From Candidatus Limnocylindrales bacterium (GTDB taxonomy: Bacteria > Chloroflexota > Limnocylindria > Limnocylindrales > CSP1-4): a DNA stretch of 64,000 nucleotides. Every line of letters begins with the position of its first letter. The first letter of the stretch is position 1. Shown here piece after piece: positions 48,745-58,729 of this stretch. Made by a program: the position numbers and the translations under genes. Below the pieces are notes generated by a model, which saw only the letters and a program-made list of their open reading frames with translations, was not told where the DNA came from and ran no database searches. The stretch covers positions 3,420 through 67,419 of the forward strand of contig DASUFO010000054.1 of NCBI GenBank assembly GCA_036274475.1. Direction: 5' to 3'.

Positions 48745-50409
48745 TCAGGCCGATCGGTGGCGGTAGAACGGGACGTTCTCAGGCGGTAGCGGTTGGACGC
48801 CCGCGATCAGGTCGGCGGCCTTTTCGGCGAGCATCATGACCGGCGCATAGATGTTGCCGTTCGTGACGTACGGCATCGCGCTCGCGTCGACCACGCGCAG
48901 CCCGGCGACGCCGTGAACGCCCATCGTCAGTGGGTCAACGACCGCCAGCGAGTCGGTGCCCATGCGCGCGGTGCAGCTGGGGTGGAGCGCGGTCTCCGCG
49001 TCGCGGGCGACCCAGTCGAGGATGTCCTGGTCCATCTCGACCGATGGCCCGGGTGACGTTTCGCCGCCGTCGAACTCGGCGAATGCATTCTGGCCGAGGA
49101 TGTGGCGGGCGACCCGGATCGCCTCGACCCATTCCCGTCGGTCCTGGTCCGTCGAGAGGTAGTTGAAGCGGAGAAGCGGCTTCTCGTGTGGGTCGGCGGA
49201 GCGGAGCCGAACGGTGCCGCGGGCGTCGGAGTACATCGGCCCGACGTGGACCTGGTAGCCGTGACCGGCCGTCCCGGCCGAGCCGTCGTACCGAATCGAG
49301 ATCGGCAGGAAGTGGAACATGAGGTTCGGGTAGTCGACGGCGTCGTTGCTCCGGACGAAGCCGCCGCCCTCGAAGTGGTTCGACGCGCCCGGTCCGCTCC
49401 GGAGGAACAGCCACTGGGCGCCGACGAACGGCCGACGCCATTTCTGCGTCGCCGCCGGCTGCATCGAGACGGGCTTGGTGCAGGCGTGCTGGATGTAGAC
49501 CTCGAGATGGTCCTGGAGGTTCTCGCCGACGCCGGGCAGATCCTGGGCGACGTTGATGCCGTGCTCGCGGAGGTGGTCGGCTGGGCCGACGCCGCTGAGC
49601 ATGAGGAGCTGCGGCGTGTTGATCGCGCCTCCGGCGAGGATCACTTCCTCGGCATCGATGCGCTGCGCAGATCGGCCCTTCGCGACTTCGACGGCCAACG
49701 CTCGGCCGCCGTGGACGACGACGCGGTTGACGAAGGTGCTCGTCCGAACCTCGAGGTTCGGCCGGCTCCTGACCGGCCTGAGGTACGCCTGCGACGCCGA
49801 CCACCGCCGGCCGTGCTTGATGTTCCGGTCGAACGCCGCGACGCCTTCCTGCTTGTAGCCGTTGACGTCGGCGGTCGGGGGATAGCCGGCCTGCTCCGCG
49901 GCCGCGAACCAGGCCCGGAACAACGGACTCGTGGCCGGCCCGCGCTCTAGCGTCAACGGGCCGCCGTGACCGCGCCACGGATCGTCGGCCGTGGCCGCGG
50001 TGCAGTCCTCCATCCGCTTGAAGTACGGCAGACAGTGAGCGTACGACCATGTCTCCATCCCGGGATCCCCGGCCCAGCGCTCAAAGTCGAGCGGATTCCC
50101 GCGCTGGAAGATCATCCCGTTGATGCTGCTGCTGCCGCCGAGCACCTTGCCCCGAGCGTGGGCGATCCGGCGTCCGCCCATGAACGGTTCCGGCTCGGAC
50201 TCGTAGCGCCAGTCGTAGAAGCGGCTGCCGATCGGAAACGTGAGGGCCGCGGGCATGTGGATGAACGGGTCGAGGCGCCAATCGGGCCGGCCGGCTTCCA
50301 GCACCAGTACCCGGCGATTCGGGTCGGCCGAGAGACGATTTGCGAGGACGCAGCCAGCCGATCCCCCGCCGACGATGACGACGTCCCATCGTCCCCGATC
50401 CGCTGCCAT
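48745..50409 (-). CDS. GMC family oxidoreductase (choline dehydrogenase BetA-like)
   Basis: Internal ATG at 50409 gives [40 protein letters not shown], the FAD-binding GxGxxG. GMC signatures (…[11 protein letters not shown]…) and a C-terminal GMC_oxred_C domain. Confidence 0.85.
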   Translation of the reverse strand: MAADRGRWDVVIVGGGSAGCVLANRLSADPNRRVLVLEAGRPDWRLDPFIHMPAALTFPIGSRFYDWRYESEPEPFMGGRRIAHARGKVLGGSSSINGMIFQRGNPLDFERWAGDPGMETWSYAHCLPYFKRMEDCTAATADDPWRGHGGPLTLERGPATSPLFRAWFAAAEQAGYPPTADVNGYKQEGVAAFDRNIKHGRRWSASQAYLRPVRSRPNLEVRTSTFVNRVVVHGGRALAVEVAKGRSAQRIDAEEVILAGGAINTPQLLMLSGVGPADHLREHGINVAQDLPGVGENLQDHLEVYIQHACTKPVSMQPAATQKWRRPFVGAQWLFLRSGPGASNHFEGGGFVRSNDAVDYPNLMFHFLPISIRYDGSAGTAGHGYQVHVGPMYSDARGTVRLRSADPHEKPLLRFNYLSTDQDRREWVEAIRVARHILGQNAFAEFDGGETSPGPSVEMDQDILDWVARDAETALHPSCTARMGTDSLAVVDPLTMGVHGVAGLRVVDASAMPYVTNGNIYAPVMMLAEKAADLIAGVQPLPPENVPFYRHRSA

Positions 50410-50713
50410 GGACCCGGATGCTAGCGTCCCGCGCCGGTCTCGGACGGACACGGTGCGTACGATGGCCGGCCGGCCACGGCCCGTGTACCGCCCGAACGTA
50501 TCGGCGGGCGCGAAATCGGACGGCGTAAGGCGGCGACGTACCGACGCCGGCAGGAATGAGGAAACGCCGCCGGTGCAGGTGGGCAGTCGCCCGATGGCGG
50601 CGCGCCCGCTCGCTGCGAGTCTCGACACCAGAGAAACGCCGAGCGATCAGGGCCCGCGACGAACCGGCACACGACCGATTGGGCGGCCACGACGAGCGGC
50701 GAGGAGGTGTTCG

Positions 50714-51178
50714 ATGTCTTCAGCAACTGTCGCCGCGCGGCCAGGGTTCGCGATGCCCCGGATTCCGCTGTGGTTCGTCGGTCTGGCGCTGTTCGTTGCC
50801 GTCGCCATCGGCGCGATCGCCGGCTCGGCGATGGCCCGATCCGCGGCCCCGGCGCCCGCCGCCGCGACGCCGATCGTCCGGCACCACAACATCTTCCCGG
50901 CAGCGAAGGCTCCGACGATGAGCGACTACCGCGCGGTCGTTGCGAACCTCGCCGCGGCCGAGGAGCGCCATGACTTCGCCGCCCAGTACCGGTTCCGGCA
51001 GGAGCTCGACAAGGTCCTGACGCCCGCGATGATCGGCTCGATCTACGAGAAGCACGCCCAGCTCCTGTCCGCGCTCGGAAACGCGGGCCAGGATTCGCAC
51101 GGTGCGCTGCTCGCTCGCGAGATTCGCGAGCTGTGCGGAGCCTCCGCGGTCAAGGCGCGGCTCGCCTTCTGCAACTAG
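50714..51178 (+). CDS. Hypothetical membrane-anchored protein
   Basis: ATG 7 nt after AGGAGG. Single N-terminal TM helix (IPLWFVGLALFVAVAIGAIAGSAMA), then a soluble helical domain. Confidence 0.5.
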   Translation: MSSATVAARPGFAMPRIPLWFVGLALFVAVAIGAIAGSAMARSAAPAPAAATPIVRHHNIFPAAKAPTMSDYRAVVANLAAAEERHDFAAQYRFRQELDKVLTPAMIGSIYEKHAQLLSALGNAGQDSHGALLAREIRELCGASAVKARLAFCN

Positions 51179-51202
51179 CAGATCCCGCGACTCCGTCGCG
51201 TA

Positions 51203-51233
51203 ACGGCCGGCCGAGCCTCCCTCGGCCGGCCGT
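51203..51233. terminator. Perfect 13-bp-stem hairpin between convergent genes (bidirectional terminator)
   Basis: ACGGCCGGCCGAG-cctcc-CTCGGCCGGCCGT, preceded by a smaller hairpin CGCGAC-tcc-GTCGCG. Confidence 0.5.
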
Positions 51234-51238
51234 TCGAT

Positions 51239-52204
51239 TCAGCGACCGGTGACCCGCCGGACCTCCGCACTGATCGCGGGCACGACCTGGTGGAGGTCGC
51301 CGATCACGGCATAGTCGGCGACGGACATGATCGGAGCCTCGGCGTCCGTGTTGATCGCGAGGATTCGCTTCGCGGCCCTCGCGCCGACGATGTGCTGGAT
51401 CGCGCCGCTGATGCCACAGGCGATGTACAGGTCCGGCGCGATCCGCATGCCGGTCTGGCCGATCTGCATCGAATGCGGCCGCCAGCCCTGGCTCGTCACG
51501 ACGCGCGACACGCCGACCGCGGCGCCGAGCAGCCCGGCCAGCTCTTCGAGCTCGGCAAACGCTTCGGAGCTACCGACGCCGCGTCCGCCACCGACAACGA
51601 CCCGCGCATCGGCCAGCGACACGCCGCTGCGATCGGGCTCGAGCCGGCGGGCGACCGCGACGCGCAGGTCGTTCTCCGTGAGATCCGGCGAGAACGTTTC
51701 GACCGCCGGAGCGGCGCCGGGGGCCGGGTCGGCGGCGGCGACTGCGTGGGGCGCGATCGTCAGGAGCTTCGTCGGCGCATCGAGCGTGGCCTCTTCGAGC
51801 AGCGAGCCGGCCCAGCGCTGACGCACGAGCCGCAGCGGGTCGCCGCCGAGAACCTCCGTGACGTTCGCCGCCATCGGCAGATCGAGCTTCGCCCCGACGT
51901 GGGCCATGACCTCGTTGCCTCGGTCGCTGCCGGCCGCGAGGATCGTCGACGCGGATCGCGCCGCCGCAAGCTGAACGACCGCGGCCGCCCGGGCTGCCGG
52001 CGCGAACGCCGCCAACCGCGGATCGTCGACGACGTGGACGACCCCGATACCGCGACCGGACAGCCCGCCGGCCAGCTCCGTCGACCAGCGACCGATCACG
52101 ACGGCTTCGACCGGTTCGCGAAGCGAGCCAGCCACCGTCAACGCCTCGAGCGAGAGCCGGTCCGGACGGCCCTCGGCATGCTCGACGAGGACGAGGATGC
52201 TCAT
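51239..52204 (-). CDS. etfA: Electron transfer flavoprotein alpha subunit
   Basis: The chosen start is ATG 52204, which gives MSILVLVEHAEGRPDRLSLEALT…. The C-terminal FAD-binding region (…PDLYIACGISGAIQH…) is present. ATGA overlap with etfB. Confidence 0.85.
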   Translation of the reverse strand: MSILVLVEHAEGRPDRLSLEALTVAGSLREPVEAVVIGRWSTELAGGLSGRGIGVVHVVDDPRLAAFAPAARAAAVVQLAAARSASTILAAGSDRGNEVMAHVGAKLDLPMAANVTEVLGGDPLRLVRQRWAGSLLEEATLDAPTKLLTIAPHAVAAADPAPGAAPAVETFSPDLTENDLRVAVARRLEPDRSGVSLADARVVVGGGRGVGSSEAFAELEELAGLLGAAVGVSRVVTSQGWRPHSMQIGQTGMRIAPDLYIACGISGAIQHIVGARAAKRILAINTDAEAPIMSVADYAVIGDLHQVVPAISAEVRRVTGR

Positions 52205-52974
52205 CGGCCGAGCACCCCCAGCTTCTGGAACAGCTCGACGATCGCCGGCGCGGCGCCCGGACCCTGACCGATGACCTCGACCTGGCTCTCGGTGCCCTCG
52301 GGCAACCGCAGCCGGTCCTTCGCCGGCCCGCCCGCCCGGCGCGTGGGGACGATCGTCCGAATCTCCTTCTTCCGGGCCCGCAACCGCCCCGGCACGGACG
52401 GGTAGCGCGGCAGGTTCAGGCCCTCCTTCACGCCGAGGACCGCGGGCATCGCCAGGTCGAACACCTCCCAGCCGCCACCGGCCGCCTCGCGCCGCGCCTC
52501 GACCTGGCCGCCTGCGGCCGTGATCCCCTTGATCCCGCTCACGACCGGGCGGCCGAGCGCCGTTGCGACGCGAATCCCGACCTGGAAGTCGCCGGTGTCG
52601 GCCGCCTCGTTGCCGAAGAGGATCAGGTCGAAGGCGCCAGCCTCCGTCTCCAGGGTCCGGATCGCGTCCGTGATCGCGCCGGCCGTCGCGTACGCGTCCC
52701 AGTCGGAGCCGTCGGTCTGGAGCAGCACGGCGTTGTCGATGCCGATCGCCATCGCGTCGCGGAGCTGCTCGCTCGCGACGTCGGGCCCCAGCGTCAGGAC
52801 GGTCGCCGACCCGCCCTGGGCCTCGACGATGCGGACCGCCTCCTCGACGGCGCACTCCTCGTGAGGGCTGATCGTGAATCCGAGGAACCGGGTGTCGATG
52901 TCCTGCGAGTCGGCGGTCAGGACGATCGTTCCGCCGGTCGCGGGCACGCGCTTGACGCAGACGAGAATGTTCAC
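52201..52974 (-). CDS. etfB: Electron transfer flavoprotein beta subunit
   Basis: MNILVCVKRVPATGG… is the classic EtfB N-terminus. Confidence 0.9.
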   Translation of the reverse strand: MNILVCVKRVPATGGTIVLTADSQDIDTRFLGFTISPHEECAVEEAVRIVEAQGGSATVLTLGPDVASEQLRDAMAIGIDNAVLLQTDGSDWDAYATAGAITDAIRTLETEAGAFDLILFGNEAADTGDFQVGIRVATALGRPVVSGIKGITAAGGQVEARREAAGGGWEVFDLAMPAVLGVKEGLNLPRYPSVPGRLRARKKEIRTIVPTRRAGGPAKDRLRLPEGTESQVEVIGQGPGAAPAIVELFQKLGVLGR

Positions 52975-52981
52975 AGGTCGG

Positions 52982-55498
52982 TCAGCTGCGGATCCGCGCG
53001 TTCTCCGGGTCGAAGAGCGGCCGGCTGCCGGCGACCGCGACGGTCACCGGGTACAGCTCGCCGAAGTACTCGACCGCGAGCTGGTTGCCCTCGACTGCCT
53101 GGTCCGGCGGGAGATACGCCATCAGCAGGTGCTTCCCGACCGACGGCCCGGAGCCGGCCGACGTCACGTACGATCGGCGGCCCTTCGCGTCGGTGAGGGG
53201 CGCGCCGTCGCGGGTCACGATCGGCTCTCGGCCGAGCATGTAGCGCTTGGCGCCGGACTTCGAGGTGGGGTCGTCGACGGTGAGCGTGCACAGGAGGGCC
53301 GCCGGGGCGGATTCGCGCTGGCGAAGGTAGGCCGCGCGGCCGACGAAGTCGGTGTCCTTGACGGTCGGCCGGGCCATGCCGGCCTCGACGAGGTTGAAGT
53401 CGAGCTCCAGCTCGGCACCGTGGGCGCGATAGCCCTTCTCGAGGCGCGCGGTGACGGCGTATGTGCCGATCCCCACCGGCGCGAGCCGATGCGCTGTGCC
53501 CGCCTCCCAGAGCGCGTCCCAGACGCGGAGGCCCTGCTCGATCGGGACGTAGATCTCCCAGCCCAGCTCACCGACGTAGCTGATCCGCGACGCGAGCGTC
53601 CGGACGCCGTCGATGTCGACGGTCCTGGATGTGAGGAACGGGAATCCGGTATGGCTGACGTCATCCGAGGTCACGGCGCTCAGGACGTCGCGCGCCCGCG
53701 GCCCCCACAGCCCGAACGTCGTCCACTGGTTCGTGGCGTCGTGGAGCTGCGCGGAGCCGTCGGCAGGCAGTGCGTCCGTGAAGATCTTCTTGTCGCGCAT
53801 GCCCATGCCGCCGCCAGTCACGACCCGGAACAGGTCGCGCCCGAGCCGCATGATCGTGAGGTCGGCGAGGATCCCGCCGCTGCCGTTCAGCAGCGGCGTG
53901 TAGACCGTCCGCCCGACCGGCACGTCCACCCGGTTCACGCAGAGCCGCTCGAGGTAGTCGCAGGCGCCGGGCCCGGTGACGTCGAAGATCACGAAGGCCG
54001 ACAGGTCCACCAGCCCGACCCGGTCGCGCATCGCCAGGTGCTCGGCGTTGATGATCGGCGACCACCAGCGCGACTCCCACTCCTCGGTCCGCGGCATGAC
54101 CGCGTCGCCGAACTCCTCGATGAGCGGCTTGTTCGCGTTGTACCAGTAGGGCCGCTCCCAGCCCGCTGCCTCGAAGAACTCCGCCCCGAGCGCCTTCTGC
54201 CGTTCGTACGCCGGCGAAAGCTTGATCGGCCGGTTGGAGGCCCACTGCTCCTGCGGGTGAACGATCCCGTAGGTCTTGTTGTAGCCCTCGGTCGTCCGGG
54301 CGGCGATGTGCTGAGCCGTCTTGTGGTGGTCGTAGAAGCGGGCGATGTCGCTGCCGTGGGGGTCGATCTCGGGCTCGCCGGTCGTCATCCACTCGGCGAT
54401 CGTCTTCGCGATCCCGGGCGCTTCCTTGATCCAGATCGCGGCGGCGCTCCAGAGGCCCTTGACCTCCGGCGTCTCGCCGATGATCGGGTTGCCGTCCGGC
54501 GTCAGCGAGAGCAGGCCGTTGATCGCGAGCTTCACGCCGACCGACTCATCGCCGACGATCTCCGGGAACAGCTCCAGGGCGTCCTCGAGTTGTGGGTCGA
54601 AGTCCTCCTGGGTGAACGGCAGCATCGTGGGGGAGAGGGCGCTCGCCTCGATCGAGGGGATGTCGTCGGGCACCATGAGGATCGCCCGGTGGGCGTACGA
54701 GCCGATCTCGAAGCCCGTCCCGTGCTGGCGCTCGTACATGTTCGTGTCCATGTCGCGGACGATCGGGTAGCCGACTTCCCTGGTCGTGTTCTCGAACATC
54801 GGCACCGGGCCGATGTCGATCATCTGGTGGACGGCCGGCGTCAGCGGGATCGACGCCCCGGCCATCTTCGCGATCCGCGGGCTCCAGACGCCGCACGCGA
54901 TGACGACCGTTTCGGCTTCGACCGTGCCGTCGGTCGTGTGGATGCGCCGGACGTGGCCGTCCTCGACGTCGATGCCGGTGACCTCAACGCTGCCGGCGAC
55001 CGTGAGGGCGCCCATCTCCTGGGCCTTCTGCCGCATCAGCGTCCCGGCCTGGAGGCTGTCGACGATTCCCACCTCGGGCGTGTAGAAGCCGCCGAGGATC
55101 ACGCTCTCGTCGATGAACGGGACCATCTCCTTGACCTCTTGCGGGGTCAGGAGCCGCGTTCCGTCGATGCCCCAGGAGTGGCTGGAGGCAATCCGGCGGT
55201 TGAGCTCGGCCATCCGCTCCGGTGTCCGTGCGACCTCGATGCCGCCGGTCTCGTCGTAGACCCCGAGCTCGCGGTACTGGTTCGCGCTCTCGAGCGTGAA
55301 CGCCGTCATCTCCTTCGAGTGGTCCGTCAGGAAGATGAAGTTGCTCGCGTGGCCGGTCGAGCCGCCGGGATTCGGGAGCATGCCTTTCTCGAGCAGGACG
55401 ATGTCGCGCCAGCCGAGGCGCGCGAGGTGGTAGACCATGCTGCTGCCGACGATGCCGGCGCCGATGACCACGACTCGGGCGCGGTCGGGAACAGTCAT
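52982..55498 (-). CDS. Dimethylglycine/sarcosine dehydrogenase family protein (FAD DAO domain plus C-terminal GcvT-like folate-binding domain)
   Basis: ATG at 55498 preceded by AGGAGG. VVVIGAGIVGSSMVYHLA is the FAD GxGxxG. The C-terminal roughly 400 aa form an aminomethyltransferase-like fold. Confidence 0.85.
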   Translation of the reverse strand: MTVPDRARVVVIGAGIVGSSMVYHLARLGWRDIVLLEKGMLPNPGGSTGHASNFIFLTDHSKEMTAFTLESANQYRELGVYDETGGIEVARTPERMAELNRRIASSHSWGIDGTRLLTPQEVKEMVPFIDESVILGGFYTPEVGIVDSLQAGTLMRQKAQEMGALTVAGSVEVTGIDVEDGHVRRIHTTDGTVEAETVVIACGVWSPRIAKMAGASIPLTPAVHQMIDIGPVPMFENTTREVGYPIVRDMDTNMYERQHGTGFEIGSYAHRAILMVPDDIPSIEASALSPTMLPFTQEDFDPQLEDALELFPEIVGDESVGVKLAINGLLSLTPDGNPIIGETPEVKGLWSAAAIWIKEAPGIAKTIAEWMTTGEPEIDPHGSDIARFYDHHKTAQHIAARTTEGYNKTYGIVHPQEQWASNRPIKLSPAYERQKALGAEFFEAAGWERPYWYNANKPLIEEFGDAVMPRTEEWESRWWSPIINAEHLAMRDRVGLVDLSAFVIFDVTGPGACDYLERLCVNRVDVPVGRTVYTPLLNGSGGILADLTIMRLGRDLFRVVTGGGMGMRDKKIFTDALPADGSAQLHDATNQWTTFGLWGPRARDVLSAVTSDDVSHTGFPFLTSRTVDIDGVRTLASRISYVGELGWEIYVPIEQGLRVWDALWEAGTAHRLAPVGIGTYAVTARLEKGYRAHGAELELDFNLVEAGMARPTVKDTDFVGRAAYLRQRESAPAALLCTLTVDDPTSKSGAKRYMLGREPIVTRDGAPLTDAKGRRSYVTSAGSGPSVGKHLLMAYLPPDQAVEGNQLAVEYFGELYPVTVAVAGSRPLFDPENARIRS

Positions 55499-55607
55499 CC
55501 GCGGGATCCCTCCTGGCCGGGCCGACATCGAAGCGAGATTCGGCGCGGTAGGCCGAAGAGTATCGCGCGCGGTCATCGCCGCCGCCACCCCGGAGCGATC
55601 TCCGTGG

Positions 55608-55881
55608 CTGTTGTTACGCGTGGTGTAACAACGGACCGATGGCGGCCCCGGATTCGCCCGAAATCGGGCGTTCGCCGGTCGTTTGTTCCGGCTGCAGCAC
55701 CAAGCGTCGGCTGGCCGATGCCTCGGCGGTCACTTGGTACGCCTGGCGTAACAAGCGGCGAAGGAAGCCCTCGGATGCGGCCGAATCGACTCCTTCCGCC
55801 GTCGTTTGGTCCGCCTGCCGTGACAACCGGAGGGTGAGCGGGCGTTGCTCCGCCCGTTGGTCCGCCTGGCGTGACAAACGC
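55608..55881. promoter_or_regulatory. Array of five imperfect 21-bp palindromic motifs (consensus TTGGTmCGCCTGGCGTrACAA) in the divergent intergenic region between the DMGDH and aldehyde dehydrogenase genes, a putative multi-site operator
   Basis: Copies centred near 55621 (TTGTTACGCGTGGTGTAACAA), 55692 (more diverged), 55744 (TTGGTACGCCTGGCGTAACAA), 55816 (TTGGTCCGCCTGCCGTGACAA) and 55868 (TTGGTCCGCCTGGCGTGACAA). Spacings alternate about 71/52/72/52 bp. Confidence 0.6.
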
Positions 55882-56031
55882 CGAGCCACCCTACGCGGGG
55901 GGCGCCTCTTGATGGATCGAGGTGACCTCGCCCCCAGGCGGCGGTCGGCGCCGACGACCGGGCAGCGGGACGAGCGTTGACGCCGCCACCCGGCGCGGCG
56001 ATCCTCGCTGCCTCCGCACCGAGAGGGACCC

Positions 56032-57501
56032 GTGCCGAGCCTCTTCATCGACGGCGAATGGACCTCGTCTGCGTCCGGCGCCACCCAGGACGTCGTCAAT
56101 CCGAGCGATGCGACGGTCGTCGGACAGGTCGACATCGCCGACGACGGCGACGTTCGGCGGGCGATTCAGGCCGCTCGCCGCGCGTTCGACGAGACGGACT
56201 GGCCGCGCCGCGCCGCCGCCGAACGGGTCGCGCTTCTGAACCGGATCGCCGACCTCCTCGAGCGAGATCGCGACGCGATCGCCAGGGCGGAGACGCTCAA
56301 CACCGGCAAGGCCCTGCGGGAGACCTGCTGGGACGTCGACGACGTGGTCAAGGTGTTCCGCTACTACGCGGAGCTCGCCGGGGAGTCGTCGGAGCGGCCT
56401 GTACCCACACCTGGGCGCGATGCCGTTGCGAAAGTCGTCTACGACCCGATCGGCGTCTGCGGGCTCATCGGCCCGTGGAACTACCCGCTCCTCCAGATCA
56501 GCTGGAAAGTCGCGCCGGCGCTCGCGGCCGGCGACACGATGATCGTCAAGCCGGCATCGCTCACGCCGCTGACGACGATCCACCTGACGAAGCTCATCGA
56601 GGAAGCCGGGGTCCCGAAGGGCGTCGTCAACCTCGTGCTCGGGCCGGGTGGCCGCGTCGGCGAGGCGCTGGCAGCCAGCCCGGACGTCGATATGGTCAGC
56701 CTCACCGGCGGCATCGACGCGGGCCGGGCGATCCTCCGCGCGGCCACCGGCAACATCAAGCGGGTCGCGCTCGAGATGGGCGGCAAGAGCCCGAACATCG
56801 TCTTCTCGGACGCCGACTTCGACGCGGCCGTCGACAACGCGCTGACCGGGGCGTTCGTTCACAGCGGACAGAGCTGCTCGGCGGGGAGCCGGGTCCTCGT
56901 CCACGACGACATCTACGACCGCTTCGTCGCGGAGCTGGGTCGGCGCGCGGACCGGATCCGGCTGGGCCACGGCCTGGATCCGGCGACCGAAACCGGGGCG
57001 ATGATCAGCGCGGACCACCGGGCGAAGGTCGAGCGCTACATCGCCGGCGCACTCGCCGAGGGCGCCCGGCTCGTCGCCGGCGGCCGGCGGCCGAGTGAGC
57101 CGGAGCTCCAGGCGGGGTTCTACATCCGCCCGACCGTCTTCGCCGACTGCACGCCGGACATGACGATCGTGCGCGAGGAAGTCTTCGGGCCGGTCGTAAC
57201 GGTCGAGCGCTTCTCGACGGAGGACGAGGCGATCCGGCTCGGCAACGACACGACGTACGGCCTGGCGGGCGCAGTCTGGTCGAGGGACCTCGAGCGCGCC
57301 CGGCGCGTGGCGTCAAGGCTCCGCCACGGCACGATCTGGATCAACGACTACAACGTCTATCTGCCCCAGGCGGAGTGGGGCGGCTTCCGCCAGTCCGGCC
57401 AGGGCCGCGAGCTTGGTCCGACCGGCCTCGACGAGTACCGCGAGGCGAAGCACGTCTGGGAGAACACGACTCCCGCCGTCAGCAATTGGTTCGAGTCGTG
57501 A
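56032..57501 (+). CDS. NAD-dependent aldehyde dehydrogenase (betaine-aldehyde dehydrogenase BetB-like)
   Basis: 489-aa ALDH with Glu/Cys active-site motifs (…LEMGGKSP…, …QSCSAGSR…). Confidence 0.9.
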   Translation: MPSLFIDGEWTSSASGATQDVVNPSDATVVGQVDIADDGDVRRAIQAARRAFDETDWPRRAAAERVALLNRIADLLERDRDAIARAETLNTGKALRETCWDVDDVVKVFRYYAELAGESSERPVPTPGRDAVAKVVYDPIGVCGLIGPWNYPLLQISWKVAPALAAGDTMIVKPASLTPLTTIHLTKLIEEAGVPKGVVNLVLGPGGRVGEALAASPDVDMVSLTGGIDAGRAILRAATGNIKRVALEMGGKSPNIVFSDADFDAAVDNALTGAFVHSGQSCSAGSRVLVHDDIYDRFVAELGRRADRIRLGHGLDPATETGAMISADHRAKVERYIAGALAEGARLVAGGRRPSEPELQAGFYIRPTVFADCTPDMTIVREEVFGPVVTVERFSTEDEAIRLGNDTTYGLAGAVWSRDLERARRVASRLRHGTIWINDYNVYLPQAEWGGFRQSGQGRELGPTGLDEYREAKHVWENTTPAVSNWFES

Positions 57502-57559
57502 AAGAGGCTGCTTGGCTGGTGTAACTTCCCCGCACGGACGCCTCGCCAAGGAGTCGTGA

Positions 57560-58726
57560 GTGGCAGCCACCGCCGAGCAGCCGGTCGACCGTCAGCCCGC
57601 CTTGATGCCCGCCTCGGACGCCGCCCCACGCAGCGGTGGCGCGATCTCGATCAAGGGTCTGTGGAAGATCTTCGGGCCTGCCGAGCACCGGCTCATCGGC
57701 ACACCGGACGCCGAGCTGTCCAACCCGGAGCTTCGCGCCAAGCTCGGCTCGACGGCCGCGTGCCACGACGTTTCCTTCGATATCCGACGGGGCGAAGTCT
57801 TCGTGGTGATGGGCTTGTCGGGCAGCGGCAAGTCGACGCTCGTCCGCTGCATGACCCGCCTCATCGAACCGACGGCCGGCGAGATCGTCATCGACGGCGA
57901 AGACATCCGGCGGGCGGACGCGAAGCGCCTCCGGGAGCTCCGGCGCCGAAAGTTCTCCATGGTGTTCCAGCACTTCGGTCTCCTACCGCACCGTCGGGTT
58001 CTCGAGAATGTCGCCTACGGACTCGAGATCCGGGGTGAAGCCAAGAAGGCCCGTCACCAGCGGGCCGCGGAGATGCTGTCGCTCGTGGGGCTCGACGGCC
58101 ACGCCGACAGCTACCCCGAGCAGCTCTCGGGCGGCATGCAGCAGCGCGTCGGCCTGGCTCGCGCACTTGCCGTCGACCCCGAGGTGATGTTCTTCGACGA
58201 GCCGTTCAGCGCGCTCGATCCCCTGATCCGCCGCGACATGCAGAACGAGGTGATTCGCCTCCACAAGGAGGTCGGCAAGACGATGGTGTTTATCACCCAC
58301 GATCTCGCCGAGGCGTTGAAGCTGGGGGACCACGTCGTGATCATGCGCGAGGGCCGGATCGTTCAGGCCGGCAGGCCCGACGAGCTGGTTGGCGCGCCGG
58401 TCGACGATTACGTTCGCGACTTCGTTCAGGACGTCCCGCGCGCCCAGGTGCTGTCGCTTCGCTGGGTCATGCGCGAGCCGCGCGAGGACGATCCACTCGA
58501 TGGCCCGGAATTCCCGCCCACCACGATCATTCGCTCGGCGGTCCACGCGGCCACGAGCACCGACAAGCCGATCCGCGTCGTCGAGGACGGTCGCCTCGTG
58601 GGAGTCGTCGATCGGGCCGACATCCTGGCGTCGATCGCGGGACCGGAGGGCGACGCCGAGACGACGAGCGCGCTCGCCGCGGAGGCGATGGCGAACGAGC
58701 TACCGGGTCAGGGCACCGAGGGCTGA
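57560..58726 (+). CDS. Glycine betaine/proline-type ABC transporter ATP-binding protein with C-terminal CBS domains (ProV/OpuAA-like)
   Basis: GTG 6 nt after AAGGAG. Walker [10 protein letters not shown], signature LSGGMQQRV. The C-terminal roughly 120-aa CBS pair is typical of OpuAA/ProV. Confidence 0.9.
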   Translation: MAATAEQPVDRQPALMPASDAAPRSGGAISIKGLWKIFGPAEHRLIGTPDAELSNPELRAKLGSTAACHDVSFDIRRGEVFVVMGLSGSGKSTLVRCMTRLIEPTAGEIVIDGEDIRRADAKRLRELRRRKFSMVFQHFGLLPHRRVLENVAYGLEIRGEAKKARHQRAAEMLSLVGLDGHADSYPEQLSGGMQQRVGLARALAVDPEVMFFDEPFSALDPLIRRDMQNEVIRLHKEVGKTMVFITHDLAEALKLGDHVVIMREGRIVQAGRPDELVGAPVDDYVRDFVQDVPRAQVLSLRWVMREPREDDPLDGPEFPPTTIIRSAVHAATSTDKPIRVVEDGRLVGVVDRADILASIAGPEGDAETTSALAAEAMANELPGQGTEG

Positions 58727-58729
58727 CGG

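Noticed and set aside
55608-55881. CRISPR array interpretation of the five periodic motifs
   Set aside because: The repeats diverge substantially between copies. Spacers are short and partly shared. No cas genes or leader are present. The motifs are internally palindromic and lie in a divergent promoter. An operator array fits better.
55639-55980. 113-aa plus-strand ORF whose product contains WSAWRDKRR-like peptide repeats
   Set aside because: The peptide repeats are simply the translated 21-bp DNA palindromes. Basic low-complexity composition, within a promoter region.
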